A DNA stretch of 60,091 nucleotides, filler included, from Dugesia japonica (GCA_001938525.1; 4 parts of 4 records of this genome joined end to end with filler, not necessarily neighbours in it), one strand, 5' to 3'. Counted from the whole stretch's first letter, positions 14,274 to 26,631 are shown. Notes: generated by a model from the letters alone, not told the origin. Made by a program: numbers and translations.

Positions 14274-15356
14274 ATTATTATTATTATTATTATTTACAAT
14301 GAAAAATAAAAAAATATATACAAGCAAAACTGTGAATCAACAAATTTATTAACGAATAAAATAAATTAATAGTTATTATGTATTCAATTTGGATTTTCGT
14401 AACTTTTGACGGTTGTTGCTAATTGTGAATAAAACGTTCGATTTAGGATTTGCAGGAAATTTTATGAATGTGATAAAAATCCAACTGTTAATGNNNNNNN
14501 NNNNNNNNNNNNNNNNNNNNNNNNNNNNNNNNNNNNNNNNNNNNNNNNNNNNNNNNNNNNNNNNNNNNNNNNNNNNNNNNNNNNNNNNNNNNNNNNNNNN
14601 NNNNNNNNNNNNNNNNNNNNNNNNNNNNNNNNNNNNNNNNNNNNNNNNNNNNNNNNNNNNNNNNNNNNNNNNNNNNNNNNNNNNNNNNNNNNNNNNNNNN
14701 NNNNNNNNNATTTACTCACTAAAAATAAATGTATTCATCTATTGAAATAATAATTAATAGAATACTACATGTTATTGCTTTGATCAATGGTTATCGATAT
14801 ACTCTACCATATTATCTATAATTTTATCAATATTCATCGTCAAATTAAACAATGTTATTGTCGTTTATATTATTTAAAATTAATTAATCATACACACATA
14901 CATAGAAATAAAATATTTTCATGACATCATACGGTCAAAGGTTATACAAAAGGTAATTAATCACACCTAATATATAATCTAATGCATTACAAACTTTTTA
15001 CACACATAAATAGTTACTATATAAACCTCAACAATTTACAATATTTCATTATAGAAAATGCAAGAATCGAAAGATAGTGCAACGACCATTGGTTTCGAAT
15101 CGAAGAAGACCTACTACGACAAACTAATCACTTATTCGTTTCAAGTAGCATTTACTTTCATTAATAAAACTATTAAATTTTCATTTAGGAACAAGTAAAT
15201 GTACTCAAATATAAATATAGCTTTCAGTTAACAGACATTAGGAAGGCTGATCAAACGGCTATTAATGATATTATATCAAAATTTGACAATACCATGCCAA
15301 TAAAAGATTGTGCTTTCATTGATTCAAAGAAAATAATCATCAAAAAATATTTGATC

Positions 15357-15509
15357 AGTAGTGTATAAATGACGGCTTCCCATCAAGGTTGTAAACTTCT
15401 TTTATATACATATATGATCTGGGATAAAATAATGTATAATAAATATAAATAAACAACTTCTCTGGAAGCCGTCATTTACACACTACTTGGGTTGATGGTT
15501 TGAATTTTT
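15357..15509 (+). repeat. Left TIR of copy A with terminal hairpin (stem 15357-15380/15464-15487)
   Basis: AGTAGTGTATAAATGACGGCTTCC ... GGAAGCCGTCATTTACACACTACT, 23/24 paired; the whole TIR is the reverse complement of 22456-22608. Confidence 0.92.
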
Positions 15510-15624
15510 ATTTNNNNNNNNNNNNNNNNNNNNNNNNNNNNNNNNNNNNNNNNNNNNNNNNNNTTTACACACTACTTGGGTTGATGGTTTGAATTTTTAT
15601 TTTATTATTTTTTATTATTAGAAA

Positions 15625-16010
15625 ATGGATGATATTTTAGAAGATTTAAAAAAAGATCCAGCATTTATGAATGAATTAAAACAAAATTATACTAAAGGTT
15701 TTAATTCTTCATTAAAAGAACAAAATTTAATATTAAAAAATATTTACCCTAAATATAAATTATTTAAGAAGCTATGAATTTAGTTGCAGACACAATCTAT
15801 GATTTAGCAATAGAAGTTGAAACTTTAAAAGAAGAATTAGAGGAGGTAAATCAATATAATGAAGAAAAAATAAATATGATAATTTCTTCAAAGAAAACTG
15901 AAAAAGATGAAAATAAAAATAAAGTAATATGAAATTTACTTAGAAAATCAAAATAAAATCAAAACCAATACTTAAATAAAATTACTCTAGAAAATGTCTA
16001 TAGAAATAAA
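15625..16010 (+). pseudogene. ORF1, small coiled-coil protein of unknown function (frameshifted)
   Basis: MDDILEDLKKDPAFMNELK is homologous to MEDILEDIKQDPEFRKELK at 47574. Confidence 0.75.
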
Positions 16011-16166
16011 TACAAAAGAAATAATTATTATTATAAAAGATATTGATAATATAAATAAAAATGTGATAATCAAAAAATATAATTATATGTTTTATAATTA
16101 TATTTTATGTAATTATTTGTATAATAATTATTATTATTATTATAATTTATTTTATTAATAAAGAAA

Positions 16167-16973
16167 ATGGCCGCAGAAAACAAAAAAGATTTATGTGAAA
16201 ATGTTGTTGATTACATTAGTTGTGCAAATACCTTTGATTCAAAGTTGTTAAATAAATCTCAAAAGATTTGTTTAGCAGTAAAATATCAAGAACTTATTTT
16301 TAAAGAACCAAATTTAAAAGATTCAATTATAGCTAAAGAAATGNNNNNNNNNNNNNNNNNNNNNNNNNNNNNNNNNNNNNNNNNNNNNNNNNNATTATTT
16401 CTTTTTTTAAAATTTTTTAATATAAAAAATATATTAATTTTAAAAAAATTTTTTATTTATAGATATAAATTATAGATATATTTATAGATATATACTTTTA
16501 ACATAAATTATATATAAAACAAATTAAAGATTTGTTTAAAATATCAAGAACTTATTTTTAAAGAACAAAATTTAAAAGATTTAATTATAGCTAAAGAAAT
16601 GGGGATATCTGTTCAAACATTAAATAAAACTTTAAGAGAATTAAATTTAAAACCTGAGAGAAAAAGGTATGCAAGAGTAAAATATTCTTTTAATGATAAA
16701 TCACATCAATATATTAAAAATAATTATGGTGACTATGTTTTTAATATTAAAACAAGTTCTTTTGAAATTTTAGAAATTCCTACAAAAGAAAGTTTAACTG
16801 ATAAAAGAAATAATTTGGCATTTTCAAAATCAAAAATTTTGCATTCATCAACTATAAATAAATCAATAAACAAAAATCCAAAAAAAATAAATAATGAAAT
16901 TGGAGGTGGATATTTAGATGGAGAAGTAGATAATGAATTAAACAAATCATTAAACTTTAAAACCAAAACATAA
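16167..16973 (+). CDS. ORF2, predicted HTH DNA-binding protein (split by a gap and local duplication)
   Basis: DSIIAKEMGISVQTLNKTLREL HTH-like motif; homologue at 47034 on the minus strand. Confidence 0.65.
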
Positions 16974-17072
16974 GTTAACCATAGATAAATATAAACCAAA
17001 TACTAACCAAAACTCAAAATAAGAACCTTTAAGGTAGTAATTTTTTAAACAACCAAATTAATTCTCTATAAA

Positions 17073-17873
17073 ATGAGTAGGTTCGCAAGTGAAATGAGTT
17101 CCTCAAATATGAATTTTCAAAGACCTATGAGTTCTTCGACTTTAAATTTTAAATATCCTGTTTGTAACAAGACGTTTATAAATAACGCAGGGTTGTCCTC
17201 GCATATCCAATCTCGAACCTGCGCAAGATCGGTACACGATTATTACACATGTAAAATTTGTTTCAAAAGATTAGCAAGTGAAAAAGGCTTGCGATTGCAT
17301 AAAAACTCCTCAAATTGTGTAGTTGATGGCGGGTTCAGAGTTGACTTAAATTGGAATTAATGCAATTTAACATTCACTAGACAAAACCATGCAAGATCTC
17401 ATTTTAATAATGATTTACATAAAAAGGAAGTTTTGAAAGCAAAAGAAGAAGAAACTAAAAAATTATTTGATGAATTACCTAGAGATGAAGCAATTGATTT
17501 TGAAAAGAATGAAACAAGAAAATTATTTAAACATTTAAAAAATATAAAGTATTTTAAAATTGAATATTTTAAAGAAATTAAAATTGAATTAACTAGAAAT
17601 GTACAAAAATTAAACTTTAAACTAATAACCTGGTTTAAAAAAGAAATTACTAAAATTGTTGATATTTATTTTGATTATTCAAAAACGTTGATGTTACGAT
17701 TGAGTGTAAACTGTAATTCTACTAAAGAAGATGAGGAAAGAGTATTTAACTCATATTCAAGTAATGAAAGAATTACTATCAAAAGTGATGTAAAAATTAT
17801 TGTCGAAGAGTTATTAAATCAACTACAAAGATATATGGAAGATTAAGACCAAAATGAAAGTGGATGGATTTTA
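17073..17873 (+). pseudogene. pPolB N-terminal region (zinc fingers plus terminal-protein-like region), truncated
   Basis: Collinear with 46363-45470 (FTRQNHA, LPxxEAIDF, ERVFNSYS, NQLQR..ED..ESG). Confidence 0.85.
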
Positions 17874-18029
17874 GGTTCATTAATAATTTTCAAACAAGTA
17901 ATTGAATCTCAACTTTCCTTCACAAACCTTTTATCGTTGTTAAAAGATTCTAATTTTAATTTAGCAGAAACATGTTTTAATACTTCTGTATTATTTTGAA
18001 TATTTAAAAGTTTCTCAAAATTTATTCAT
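17868..18029 (-). pseudogene. N-terminus of fibre-like protein (truncated)
   Basis: Homologous to the ORF starting at 37722 (MNKF...NNDKRF...DSITCLKIIN). Confidence 0.7.
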
Positions 18030-18049
18030 TTTCTATAAAGATATTATAC

Positions 18050-18489
18050 TAAAGTAAATCTCTAAAGGCTTCATATAATTCTTCAATAATTTCGTCAAAT
18101 GTTTTGGAGCCCTTTGGAAAATTTATAGACTATAAAAAATATAAACATAATACTCCACAAATACTAGTTCCAAAAGGTTGAACTTGAATTTTATTCTAAG
18201 CGTTTACATGTTTTTCTATTTTTTTAAAAGGTTTTAAGCCATAAGAATCAAAATAATAACTATGGTGAAAAGCAATCCAATGAGTTCCTTTTTGATTTGT
18301 ATTTTGATAATTAATAATTATTGGAACTGACGACCACGGTCGCCACTTTGGGATTTTATCTTTCATTAATACTTCTAATTCTAAATCAGTAATTGAATAC
18401 AAATCAAAATTAGTTTTAGTATTTATTCCAAAGGTTTTTAGAAAATCTAATATCCCAAAGGGTCCCATACCATAGTTTACACAAGACAT
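18050..18489 (-). pseudogene. Adenain-like cysteine protease (one internal stop)
   Basis: GTHWIA (His), YYFDSYG (Asp), and after the stop QVQPFGTSICG (Gln/Cys). Confidence 0.9.
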
Positions 18490-18492
18490 TTT

Positions 18493-19161
18493 TTAATATG
18501 AGAAATTTTCTATATATAAAGAAATAGTTTCTCCATCAAAATTTATTGTATTATTATTTTCATCTATAACATTAAATATTAAAGAATCAATACATTTGGA
18601 GTTTAATCTTGAATAAATAAGAGTTGAAGGTCTTTCTATAATTTTAAAACCAAAACCANNNNNNNNNNNNNNNNNNNNNNNNNNNNNNNNNNNNNNNNNN
18701 NNNNNNNNNNNNNNNNCTTTAACTAAATTACAAGTTATATTTATCATATTAATGTTTAGAATATCAACTTAATTTTCTGAATAATATTTTCCTGGTGAAT
18801 ACTGGGAACCTTCTGGGCCTTTCGGTGAAAAACTTAAAATAGTATGAAAAAAAGATTTAACATCAAATTTTATTATATGATTCATTGTTAAATTAGATTT
18901 CGTTGTTGAAAGATCTGGGGTAATTACAATTCCATGTTCTTTTAATTTACTAGAGATTTCTTTAATTTCANNNNNNNNNNNNNNNNNNNNNNNNNNNNNN
19001 NNNNNNNNNNNNNNNNNNNNNNNNNNNNNNNNNNNNNNNNNNNNNNNNNNNNNNNNNNNNNNNNNNNNNNNNNNNNNNNATTCTGTATCTAATTCTATTG
19101 GAAATCTTAAATCAACTTTTAAATCAGACTCTTTACCAACAACTAAAAATTGACGAGACAT
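18493..19161 (-). pseudogene. Minor capsid protein (penton), frameshifted
   Basis: FPIELD N-terminus; INITCNLV...GFKIIERPSTLIY...IDENNNTINFDGETI C-terminus typical of Polinton pentons. Confidence 0.85.
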
Positions 19162-19189
19162 TTTATTTATAGAAAATATTTATTTTTAT

Positions 19190-20010
19190 AAACATTAAAT
19201 TTTTCTTTAGTAATTAACTCCTGATTTAATAATTCTTTACAAACAGTTTTATTTATTTATTCAATTTATTATGACCGGCTTTTTCAGCCGAAATTAATAA
19301 TGTTAATCTTTCAAATAAAGATATATGATCTGAATTTAAACCTTCACCTTTGATAATATCCTCTTGCATGGGACCCTCTGGGATTTCTTTTTCACCATCA
19401 ACACCTTTTTTAAGCTTTGGTATTTTTGTTGTTCGCTTGCGCTAACGACTGGAAGGAGTCTTTTTCCCGGTTAAAAATGTATAATATTTAGAACTAGGAT
19501 GAACTGTAATATTAAATTTATTTAAATAAATATTTTTTGCTTCTGGATCATTTCTTCCATTTCCTAAAATTAAATTCATTAACTCTTCAGAATAAGGAAT
19601 TAGTTCTTGGTTATTTAAAAAGTATTTCGTTCCATTTTCTTCAACTAAATATATTATTGTTTGTGAGCTTTTAAGATTAGGATAAATTATTTTTTGAAAG
19701 TTTTTATTATCAATAACGTCTGTTTCAAATATTGGTATATTTGTTGGAGATTTTAAAAATTATGTATTTACAATGGTACTTGAAAAGAATGGTATTCTAT
19801 TTTCAAAAGGGTTTTTGTAGGTTTTGTTTGGGACCCTTTGGGATTTAAATTTTCAATTGCTTTAATAGTAGGTAGTTATTGATTAGTTAAAGTATCTTGT
19901 AAAGTTCTTGATTCAATTACTCCTGTAGTAAATAAATTATCATAATCATCTTGAGCTTTAATTTATTCTATCAGAAATTTTATTCTTTCTGTTATTTATT
20001 CACTATCCAT
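19190..20010 (-). pseudogene. Conserved Polinton accessory/core ORF (degraded)
   Basis: C-terminal KGEGL...LFERLTLLISAEKAGHN resembles the 'L..RL.LL.A...AGN' motif of animal Polinton proteins. Confidence 0.6.
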
Positions 20011-20013
20011 TTT

Positions 20014-20603
20014 TAAAAGGATTATCATGAGAATTTTCCTAAGGTTTTAAATACAAATCATCACCTTATATTTTAACTTGAATGCTATTTTTAAAGTTTT
20101 TAGTAATCATTTTCAACTCTGAGTTTGGTAAACTATTTTTGAAATATTTATGAATTGCACATATTATAATTGCACAATATTATGAATTCCTTGATAGGGT
20201 TTTAAGTAAAGTCCTAAATCAGAATTAGTTTTATCTAAACCTTCTTTTTCTAATTCCCTCTGGTCGCGAGTGTTAATGAGTTCTTCTTTTTCAATTTGAA
20301 TTTCTAAATCTTTTTTCTTTAATTCAACTAATTCTGTTTTTTTTTGTTTTTTAATTGCATCTCTAGAATTACTTACTGTACTAACAATTCCAGTGGCAAT
20401 TCCAGCTATTGAAGCTAAGCCGGCAATTATAGCCGGTATTGCGGCTAGAAAAGCAAATCCACCTTCATGTTTTTTCCTAGTTTCTGTTTTATTTTCTCTT
20501 TAACTTGTTTACCAATACAATAGTTTTTACCATTAATTTTTACAAATTTACTTTTATTTGAATTTATCAAATCAATTAATTCTTGTTCTGTTATTGAAGA
20601 CAT
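20014..20603 (-). pseudogene. Adenovirus protein X-like membrane-active precursor
   Basis: HEGG|FAFLAAIPAIIAGLASIAGIATGIV followed by a coiled coil and GLYLKPY. Confidence 0.8.
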
Positions 20604-20759
20604 TTTATTTACTTTTAATTTGAAAAAAATAATTCAATTTCTCTTCTCCTCTCAATTTTATAGGTAGGAGGATTTTAAAGAGGTGGGAGCATTTTCAAAG
20701 AAGAGAAATCCTAGAGAGTCTTATAAATTACTCCTCTTACGTTTCAAATCCCAAAGTGT

Positions 20760-21536
20760 CCAATAAATCACTTACGTTTCGAAAAGATCTTCCATTAAAA
20801 TTCCAGCTTCTCTTTCTAAATAGTAATAATTATACTTAGTTTTCCAATGTAAATTTACATTATAATCATATTCCATTTTACTAGAAAAAATGTTACTAAA
20901 TAAATCATAATAAACATTATCTTTATCGGTTTTGTCTAATTTAAAAAATATAAAACAGTTGGAATTATTTCTAATAGAGTTTTGTCTAAATGAAAATAAG
21001 TTTGAGAAATATAAATTACATTACAATTTACATGTCTTCCTCTAGTAAAATAACTTTTTTGAATTTCTTCATTTTTTTCATTTAACAACATCAAAAATTA
21101 TTAAATTCTTTTTATCCTTGGATAATTTGTCACGAAGAATAATTTCATTTGATTTATTACTTAGAATTAAATTTATCATTCTTGAGATTTTTATTGAATA
21201 TTTTTTTATTGGGGCCCTCTGGGTAAACCATTCAATAACTTGTAAAGGAGTTATTAAAGAATCTGGAATTATATTTTGATGTTCAAAAATAAAAATAATA
21301 TCTTCTTTTATTAATCAATTTTCAAAACCATGATAAACTAACTGTATTTCAAATTGATTTATAGTTGTAGAATAAATTATTTAAGTATCATAATCTAAAA
21401 ACTCTGTAGTTAATAACATTTTCATTAACAAAACAATTTTACAGGAGCCGGAAATACCAATTATTAATAATTTAAAATTAGATGGGAAGATTTTATTATT
21501 AATGATATTTTTATTTTTATTCCAAATTAAAGCCAT
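20760..21536 (-). pseudogene. A32/FtsK-like DNA packaging ATPase
   Basis: LIIGISGSCK (decayed Walker A), NLIIFDV (Walker B), FTRGRHVNCNVIYISQ, IRNNSNCFIFF. Confidence 0.9.
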
Positions 21537-21604
21537 TTTTATTTAATAAAAATTTAACTAATTATTTTCGTAATCAGAAGTTATTTTTTCATAAAAGAAT
21601 ACAT

Positions 21605-22036
21605 CTAATTTTTCTCTTTGTTTATGTTTTTTTCAAATGTATGTTTCTTTATATAATCATCATCCATATAATAATTATCTAGTTTATTTGCAACTAGATT
21701 TAATATACTCATACTATATGAATTCATATTTTTAAAATTAAAATGATTAAAATAATTAATTAAAACTGAAGTTTCTTCTACTTGTTCATCTTCTCCAACC
21801 CATAAATAAGTATTGCCAGTTAACCACTTCCAAAATAATTCTGTTGGATTTCTTAAATTTACAGCTGCAAGGGATTTCTTTAAATATTTATTTTCTTCTG
21901 ATTCTTTTTTAAATTCTTCTTTTAATTCATGTTTAAATTCTTCTTTTAATTGTTGTTTAATTTCTTCTTTTAAAGCATTTTTTGATTCTTCATTTAAATT
22001 GCCATTTAAAATCAAATCAAAAGAATTTTCACTCAT
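21605..22036 (-). CDS. ORF143, unknown protein with N-terminal EE/K coiled-coil repeats
   Basis: Intact 143-aa ORF, first gene inside the right TIR and co-oriented with the morphogenesis arm. Confidence 0.6.
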   Translation of the reverse strand: MSENSFDLILNGNLNEESKNALKEEIKQQLKEEFKHELKEEFKKESEENKYLKKSLAAVNLRNPTELFWKWLTGNTYLWVGEDEQVEETSVLINYFNHFNFKNMNSYSMSILNLVANKLDNYYMDDDYIKKHTFEKNINKEKN

Positions 22037-22455
22037 TTAATTTAAATTTCATTTTTTTAAATTATTTTTTTTAGAATTTTTTTATATGACGATATGGATT
22101 ATCATTTCTAGTTTATATATTTACAAAAATTTAATTAATAAACATTTTATCTTTTTATTAATTTAATTAACAAGATAAATTATTCTATACGCTACTTTAT
22201 TTTAAAAATTAAAAAATTCAACTTTAAGCTACTTATTATTAAAAATAGAATATTTTCAAACTTTAAAAATATCAAAAAAATTCAAAAATTTTGTTTGTGT
22301 TTGTTGATTTTGACTTTGAACAGGTCTAATGGAATTTTGTGTTCGATCAAATGGTTTTATTAAAGATTCATATTGTCCATTAACATCTCTTTTTGAAGTT
22401 TTAATGTTTTTCAAAAAATCTAAAATCAAAATCTAAGTCTAAAAATCTTAAATTC

Positions 22456-22608
22456 AAAAATTCAAACTATCAACCCAAGTAATGTGTAAATGACGGCTTC
22501 CCGAGAAGTTGTTTATTTATATAAACTATAAGTTATTTTATCGCAGATCATATATGTATGTGAAGGAAGGTTATAACCTTGACGGAAAGCCGTCATTTAC
22601 ACACTACT
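22456..22608 (-). repeat. Right TIR of copy A with terminal hairpin (stem 22478-22501/22585-22608)
   Basis: Reverse complement of the left TIR, about 17 mismatches in 153 bp by manual count. Confidence 0.92.
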
Positions 22609-23900
22609 AATATCAGCTAATATTTTTATCTTGCCGACAGAGTGCTCCAAAAAGTTTTTTTATTTACAACTTGACCACAAATTGTTTCTTCAGATAATTT
22701 ACTTATTATTGAATTTCTAAAATTATTGCTATATTCCAAAATAATTTTCACTGATTAAAGTAAATTTTTAAATCCATTAGCTTCTAGACCGTCCGTAAAT
22801 CAGAAAAGGAGGATATAACATTGAAGACATTTCACCAAGAGTAGTTAGGCGTGCAAAGGTAGCCTCCAGTAATAGGTCTCCAGCTTTTTTTATTGTAAAA
22901 TAATCAGTAAGAGTCTTTATTTTTTCCTTTGTTGAACTATCTACATCTATTGGATTTTTCTGAACCAAAATAGATGTGCTTCTGACTTTAATTTTTACAC
23001 CGAGAATAATTGCGTATAAAAACCCTTCGTGAAACCCCCAGTAATTCTCAATATTTTCTCGCAATCTGAATGTTTACATTTAGCTATCTGTCCATCTTCA
23101 ACCCTTAAACAGTGTTGCCAAATATCTAAAGTACTCTTTGATAAATATTCTCTGTAAGCCATGGGACTAGAAATTATTTTAAAAAATTGTAAAATCTTTA
23201 ATAATGTATTACATTAAAATTACAGAATAATTTTAATAGTTTGTTGGGATTTAAAACAAAAAATAATTAATTGATAAAGACATTTTATGCTTAAAATAAT
23301 TTCTACTAGTTGATCTATATAATTTCCAAAAAATCTAGATTTAAATTATTAATTCCTGACTTATTCTTCGAAAAACTTACAAGCACACTAATATAAATTA
23401 TGCTGTAAGAAATATTACACGTTAATTTAATTATAATCATAATATTGATTGCAAAAGTTTTGTATGGAGCTACTATAATTGTACTCAGAATATGAAAGTT
23501 TCCTGTAATCTTTAGAGTGCATTATTTTTGGTTTAATATACTCTCTTTGCAATAATATATTTAACTAACGAATGATTTCTTGCCTTAAAGTTAATGCTCA
23601 AGTATTATCTTGAAAACTACTGATAAGATTAGTTTAATAGTTACCCCTGCTGTTTTCGTTAAGATGATTGTTTGATGGACTGTTAAATTAATTATTATCT
23701 TTTTACAAAAATATTATGTTTTCATTATTTATTTCTATATGCTGGATTTAATTTTCTTTTTCAAATTTGAATAATTATTTTACTTGTTGGCCGTTATTCT
23801 TATCCTTCTGGCATCATGTTTGTGTTATTGTTACGAGTCTTAAGATAAGTTATTTAGTCATTTTTGGTGGTTGAAAAAAGTTGAAATGTAATTTAGAAAT

Positions 23901-24640
23901 GTGAAGAGAATTGTTAACATCGTGATTGTTGATAGAATAAATCAAGAATTTATTGGTGGAATTGATATGTTTAATACACTTAATATTCAATTAACAATGC
24001 TTAATATATTGGATTCAGAGAACATTAACAGCAAATTCACTGATAATGATCGTTTTAAGACTGCATTGGCAGCCTTTAAGCCGGAGGATAATGATTTAAA
24101 AGATATACTTCTAAAGTTTTCAAATATATTTATGGCAGATACTTTTGATCTTGGAAAAACACATGTTATAAAACATTTCATTCCAACAGTTGTTGATTCT
24201 ATTCTACAACAACCTCGACGTCTACCAATACATCTTAAACAGAAAATTGATGAATGGATTGAGCAACTGATAGAAAGCGATATTATCAAAGAAAGTAGAA
24301 GTGCTTGGAACTTTCCGATGATAATTGTTTGAAAAAAGAATGTCACGATCAGAATGTGTCAAGACTTTAGAATGTTGAATGATTTTGTAAAAAAATTTTC
24401 ATTCACAATACCAGATACACAAACCTTATTTGATCAGCTTTTTGGTTGTAAATTATTTTCAACTTTGGATGTGGAACAAGCTTATTATCAAGTAGAATTA
24501 AATGAAGATAAGATTAAAACGGTATTTTCAACACAAAATTGACAATTTTGCTACAATCGTATACCATTCGAGTTATCAACAGCTCTAGATACATTTCAGA
24601 AATTGATGCATATAATTTTGGATGGGATTTCATTTAAAGA
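23901..24640 (+). pseudogene. Gypsy reverse transcriptase fragment
   Basis: DLGKTHVIKHFI, SRSAWNFP, MCQDFRMLN, FSTLD..AYYQV, IPFELSTA..TFQK. Confidence 0.85.
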
Positions 24641-24744
24641 TATATATAATTGAATATAAATTTTTACAAAAAACAAATTTATTTTCATAGTTTTGTTTTG
24701 TGAATAAATCTTTTATGGAAATAAGTTTTGACATTAATGATCCG

Positions 24745-24930
24745 ATGAGTACTTCAAACTCATGGTTGCAGCAGTAAACATCGATGCGATCAAATAGAGA
24801 TTGTTACCAAAAGTAATTTGCAGAGACGATGATGTAGAAAAGTTTATTAAACAGTGTGACATATACTTCGAGGCGAAGAACATCGTTATTAAGAAAGATC
24901 AGGAGCGCTTGATAACTTGTATACTTGAAA
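24745..24930 (+). pseudogene. Gag-like N-terminal fragment
   Basis: LLPK...DDDVEKFIKQCDIYFEA. Confidence 0.45.
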
Positions 24931-25044
24931 TAAGATGATTTAAGTAACATTGATGTACCCCGTTGAATCTAAACAGAATTAAACAATAAATTATAAAATA
25001 ACTCTTACTTTATTACAATTATTTCAAGAATACATAGCATTGTT

Positions 25045-25250
25045 TACACCAATACTGTTCCGTTTTCATTAATCTGAATTTATTTTTCAAATACTCCATA
25101 AATGAGAACATATGCCGATTTTGTTAAAGCTTTGCAAACTTGATTTTCAATCTTAAATTTCCTTGTTGAGGTAGTTGACTCTGATTTATATCAAAATCTG
25201 GAGCAAGAACAAATGTAAAGAAAGGATAATTATCCTTAAAATCTTTAAGC
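25045..25250 (-). pseudogene. Polinton major capsid protein C-terminal fragment (second family)
   Basis: YPFFTFVLAPDFD...GNLRLKIKFAKAL...VLIYGVF..IQINENGTV matches the Maverick MCP C-terminal pattern. Confidence 0.7.
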
Positions 25251-25407
25251 TATTTTCATACCAAAAGAACCAATACGTTTACGAATAGGCAAAACAAATC
25301 TCCCTATTGTTCGTAACCAACCAGATCCATATTGTTTTCCAAGAAAGTAAGCTAATTCTCCACCTGCTTGACTAGTACTGTACAATGATACAATATCTGG
25401 ATTCATG
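25250..25407 (-). pseudogene. Gly-rich amphipathic Polinton protein N-terminus (gene following the penton), joined by deletion to the MCP tail
   Basis: MNPDIVSLYSTSQAGGELAYFLGKQYGSGWLRTIGRFVLP. Confidence 0.6.
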
Positions 25408-25890
25408 ATTAATTTTTCTAAAATGTAACGTTAAATGTGTTTTTGAATCTTCAGCAAAGTTGACTAGTTTTCCACTATCATCTCGTAAATTGATTTCTAT
25501 ATTGTTTATATATGACGAGGAAATAGGTAAATACATCGAATGATCAACAATTATTTGTATTACCTCATCATTCTCATGTTCTTCTATCCATACTGCGTTC
25601 AATAAGGGAACATTAACATCTCCAACAATTATAGGTTCAATAATACTACAATATATAAATATTTCATTATAAAACTTTAATATTCTAGGTTTCTTATTAC
25701 TTTTATATAGCAGTTGTTTATCATTAAATTGTATTCGAGTATATTGCGATTCTTTTAATCCTAATGTTTTTGTTAAGATTTTATCTAATTTAACACTTTT
25801 AGTTCTACTTGCTGATGTAAATTCAAATATTTCATCTTGCTTTAATGAAAATGTTTTAAATTACTTTGAAAGGTGTTTCTTAAAATAGTC
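25372..25890 (-). pseudogene. Penton (second Polinton family), C-terminal part
   Basis: FIYCSIIEPIIVGDVNVPLL...MYLPISSSYINNIEINLRDDSGKLVNF...LTLHFRK. Confidence 0.85.
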
Positions 25891-26631
25891 ATNNNNNNNN
25901 NNNNNNNNNNNNNNNNNNNNNNNNNNNNNNNNNNNNNNNNNNNNNNNNNNNNNNNNNNNNNNNNNNNNNNNNNNNNNNATAAAAATATTTAATTTTTATT
26001 TTTTCAATGGATTCATCGTTTTTAAAGCCAAGAAAAAATGTTTTATCTCCAAAACTTTTACTAGCATCAAAAACTAATGTATTATCTTACTTACATATTC
26101 ACCACTAAAATATGAAAATCCCTTTATAGTTTCCTGATTTTCAAATACTAAACTGTGGTATGTAATATCACTAGTAAAGACTAAAACATTTTCTTTCGAT
26201 AATTGTATAACTGTTTTCTTGTTATTTTTATATTTGTCTTGAGAATTAAAAAATTTTAAAAAAACTAAAAAATGACATTATTTTTATTAAATTCATCAAA
26301 TTACCAAATTAAATATTGCAAAAATTTATGACGTCATAACCAACCGACAGAAAAATTCAAATAAATCTTATCAAATCCGATAATTAATTCTCTTTCCACA
26401 CATACCAACCTCCACCTCACGAAAAAAATTTTTAACACACTTATACTACTTACAAAATAAACCAATCAAAAACAAGCCCTTAAAATAAGAAATCAAAACA
26501 CATTCGACAACTATCATCTTTACCATCACATTACCTCTCCAACAAGCCATCAACCAACAAATTCCATCAATAACATAAAAATCTACAACCAAATCAAAAA
26601 CCATCCACGATCACAAAAATCATGGTTAAAA

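Larger units (their letters stand above)
15357..22608. mobile_element. Polinton/adintovirus-like element copy A, internally deleted, both TIRs present
   Basis: AGTAGT...ACTACT termini with ~153-bp TIRs; pPolB 5' arm on +, and ATPase/X/penton/protease arm on -. Confidence 0.9.

Noticed and set aside
15351-15356. 6-bp TSD for copy A
   Set aside because: TTGATC versus AATATC match at only 3 of 6 positions.
15564-15603. Apparent second copy of the inner TIR arm
   Set aside because: It directly follows an N gap and duplicates 15475-15513 exactly, so it is most likely an unmerged contig overlap.
16525-16601. Duplicated ORF2 segment (KYQELIFKE...AKEM)
   Set aside because: It lies next to a gap and cannot be distinguished from an assembly artefact.
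21813-22040. Antisense ORFs (also 16733-16999, 23987-24346, 33756-34025, 42308-42511)
   Set aside because: They are shadows of real genes on the opposite strand.
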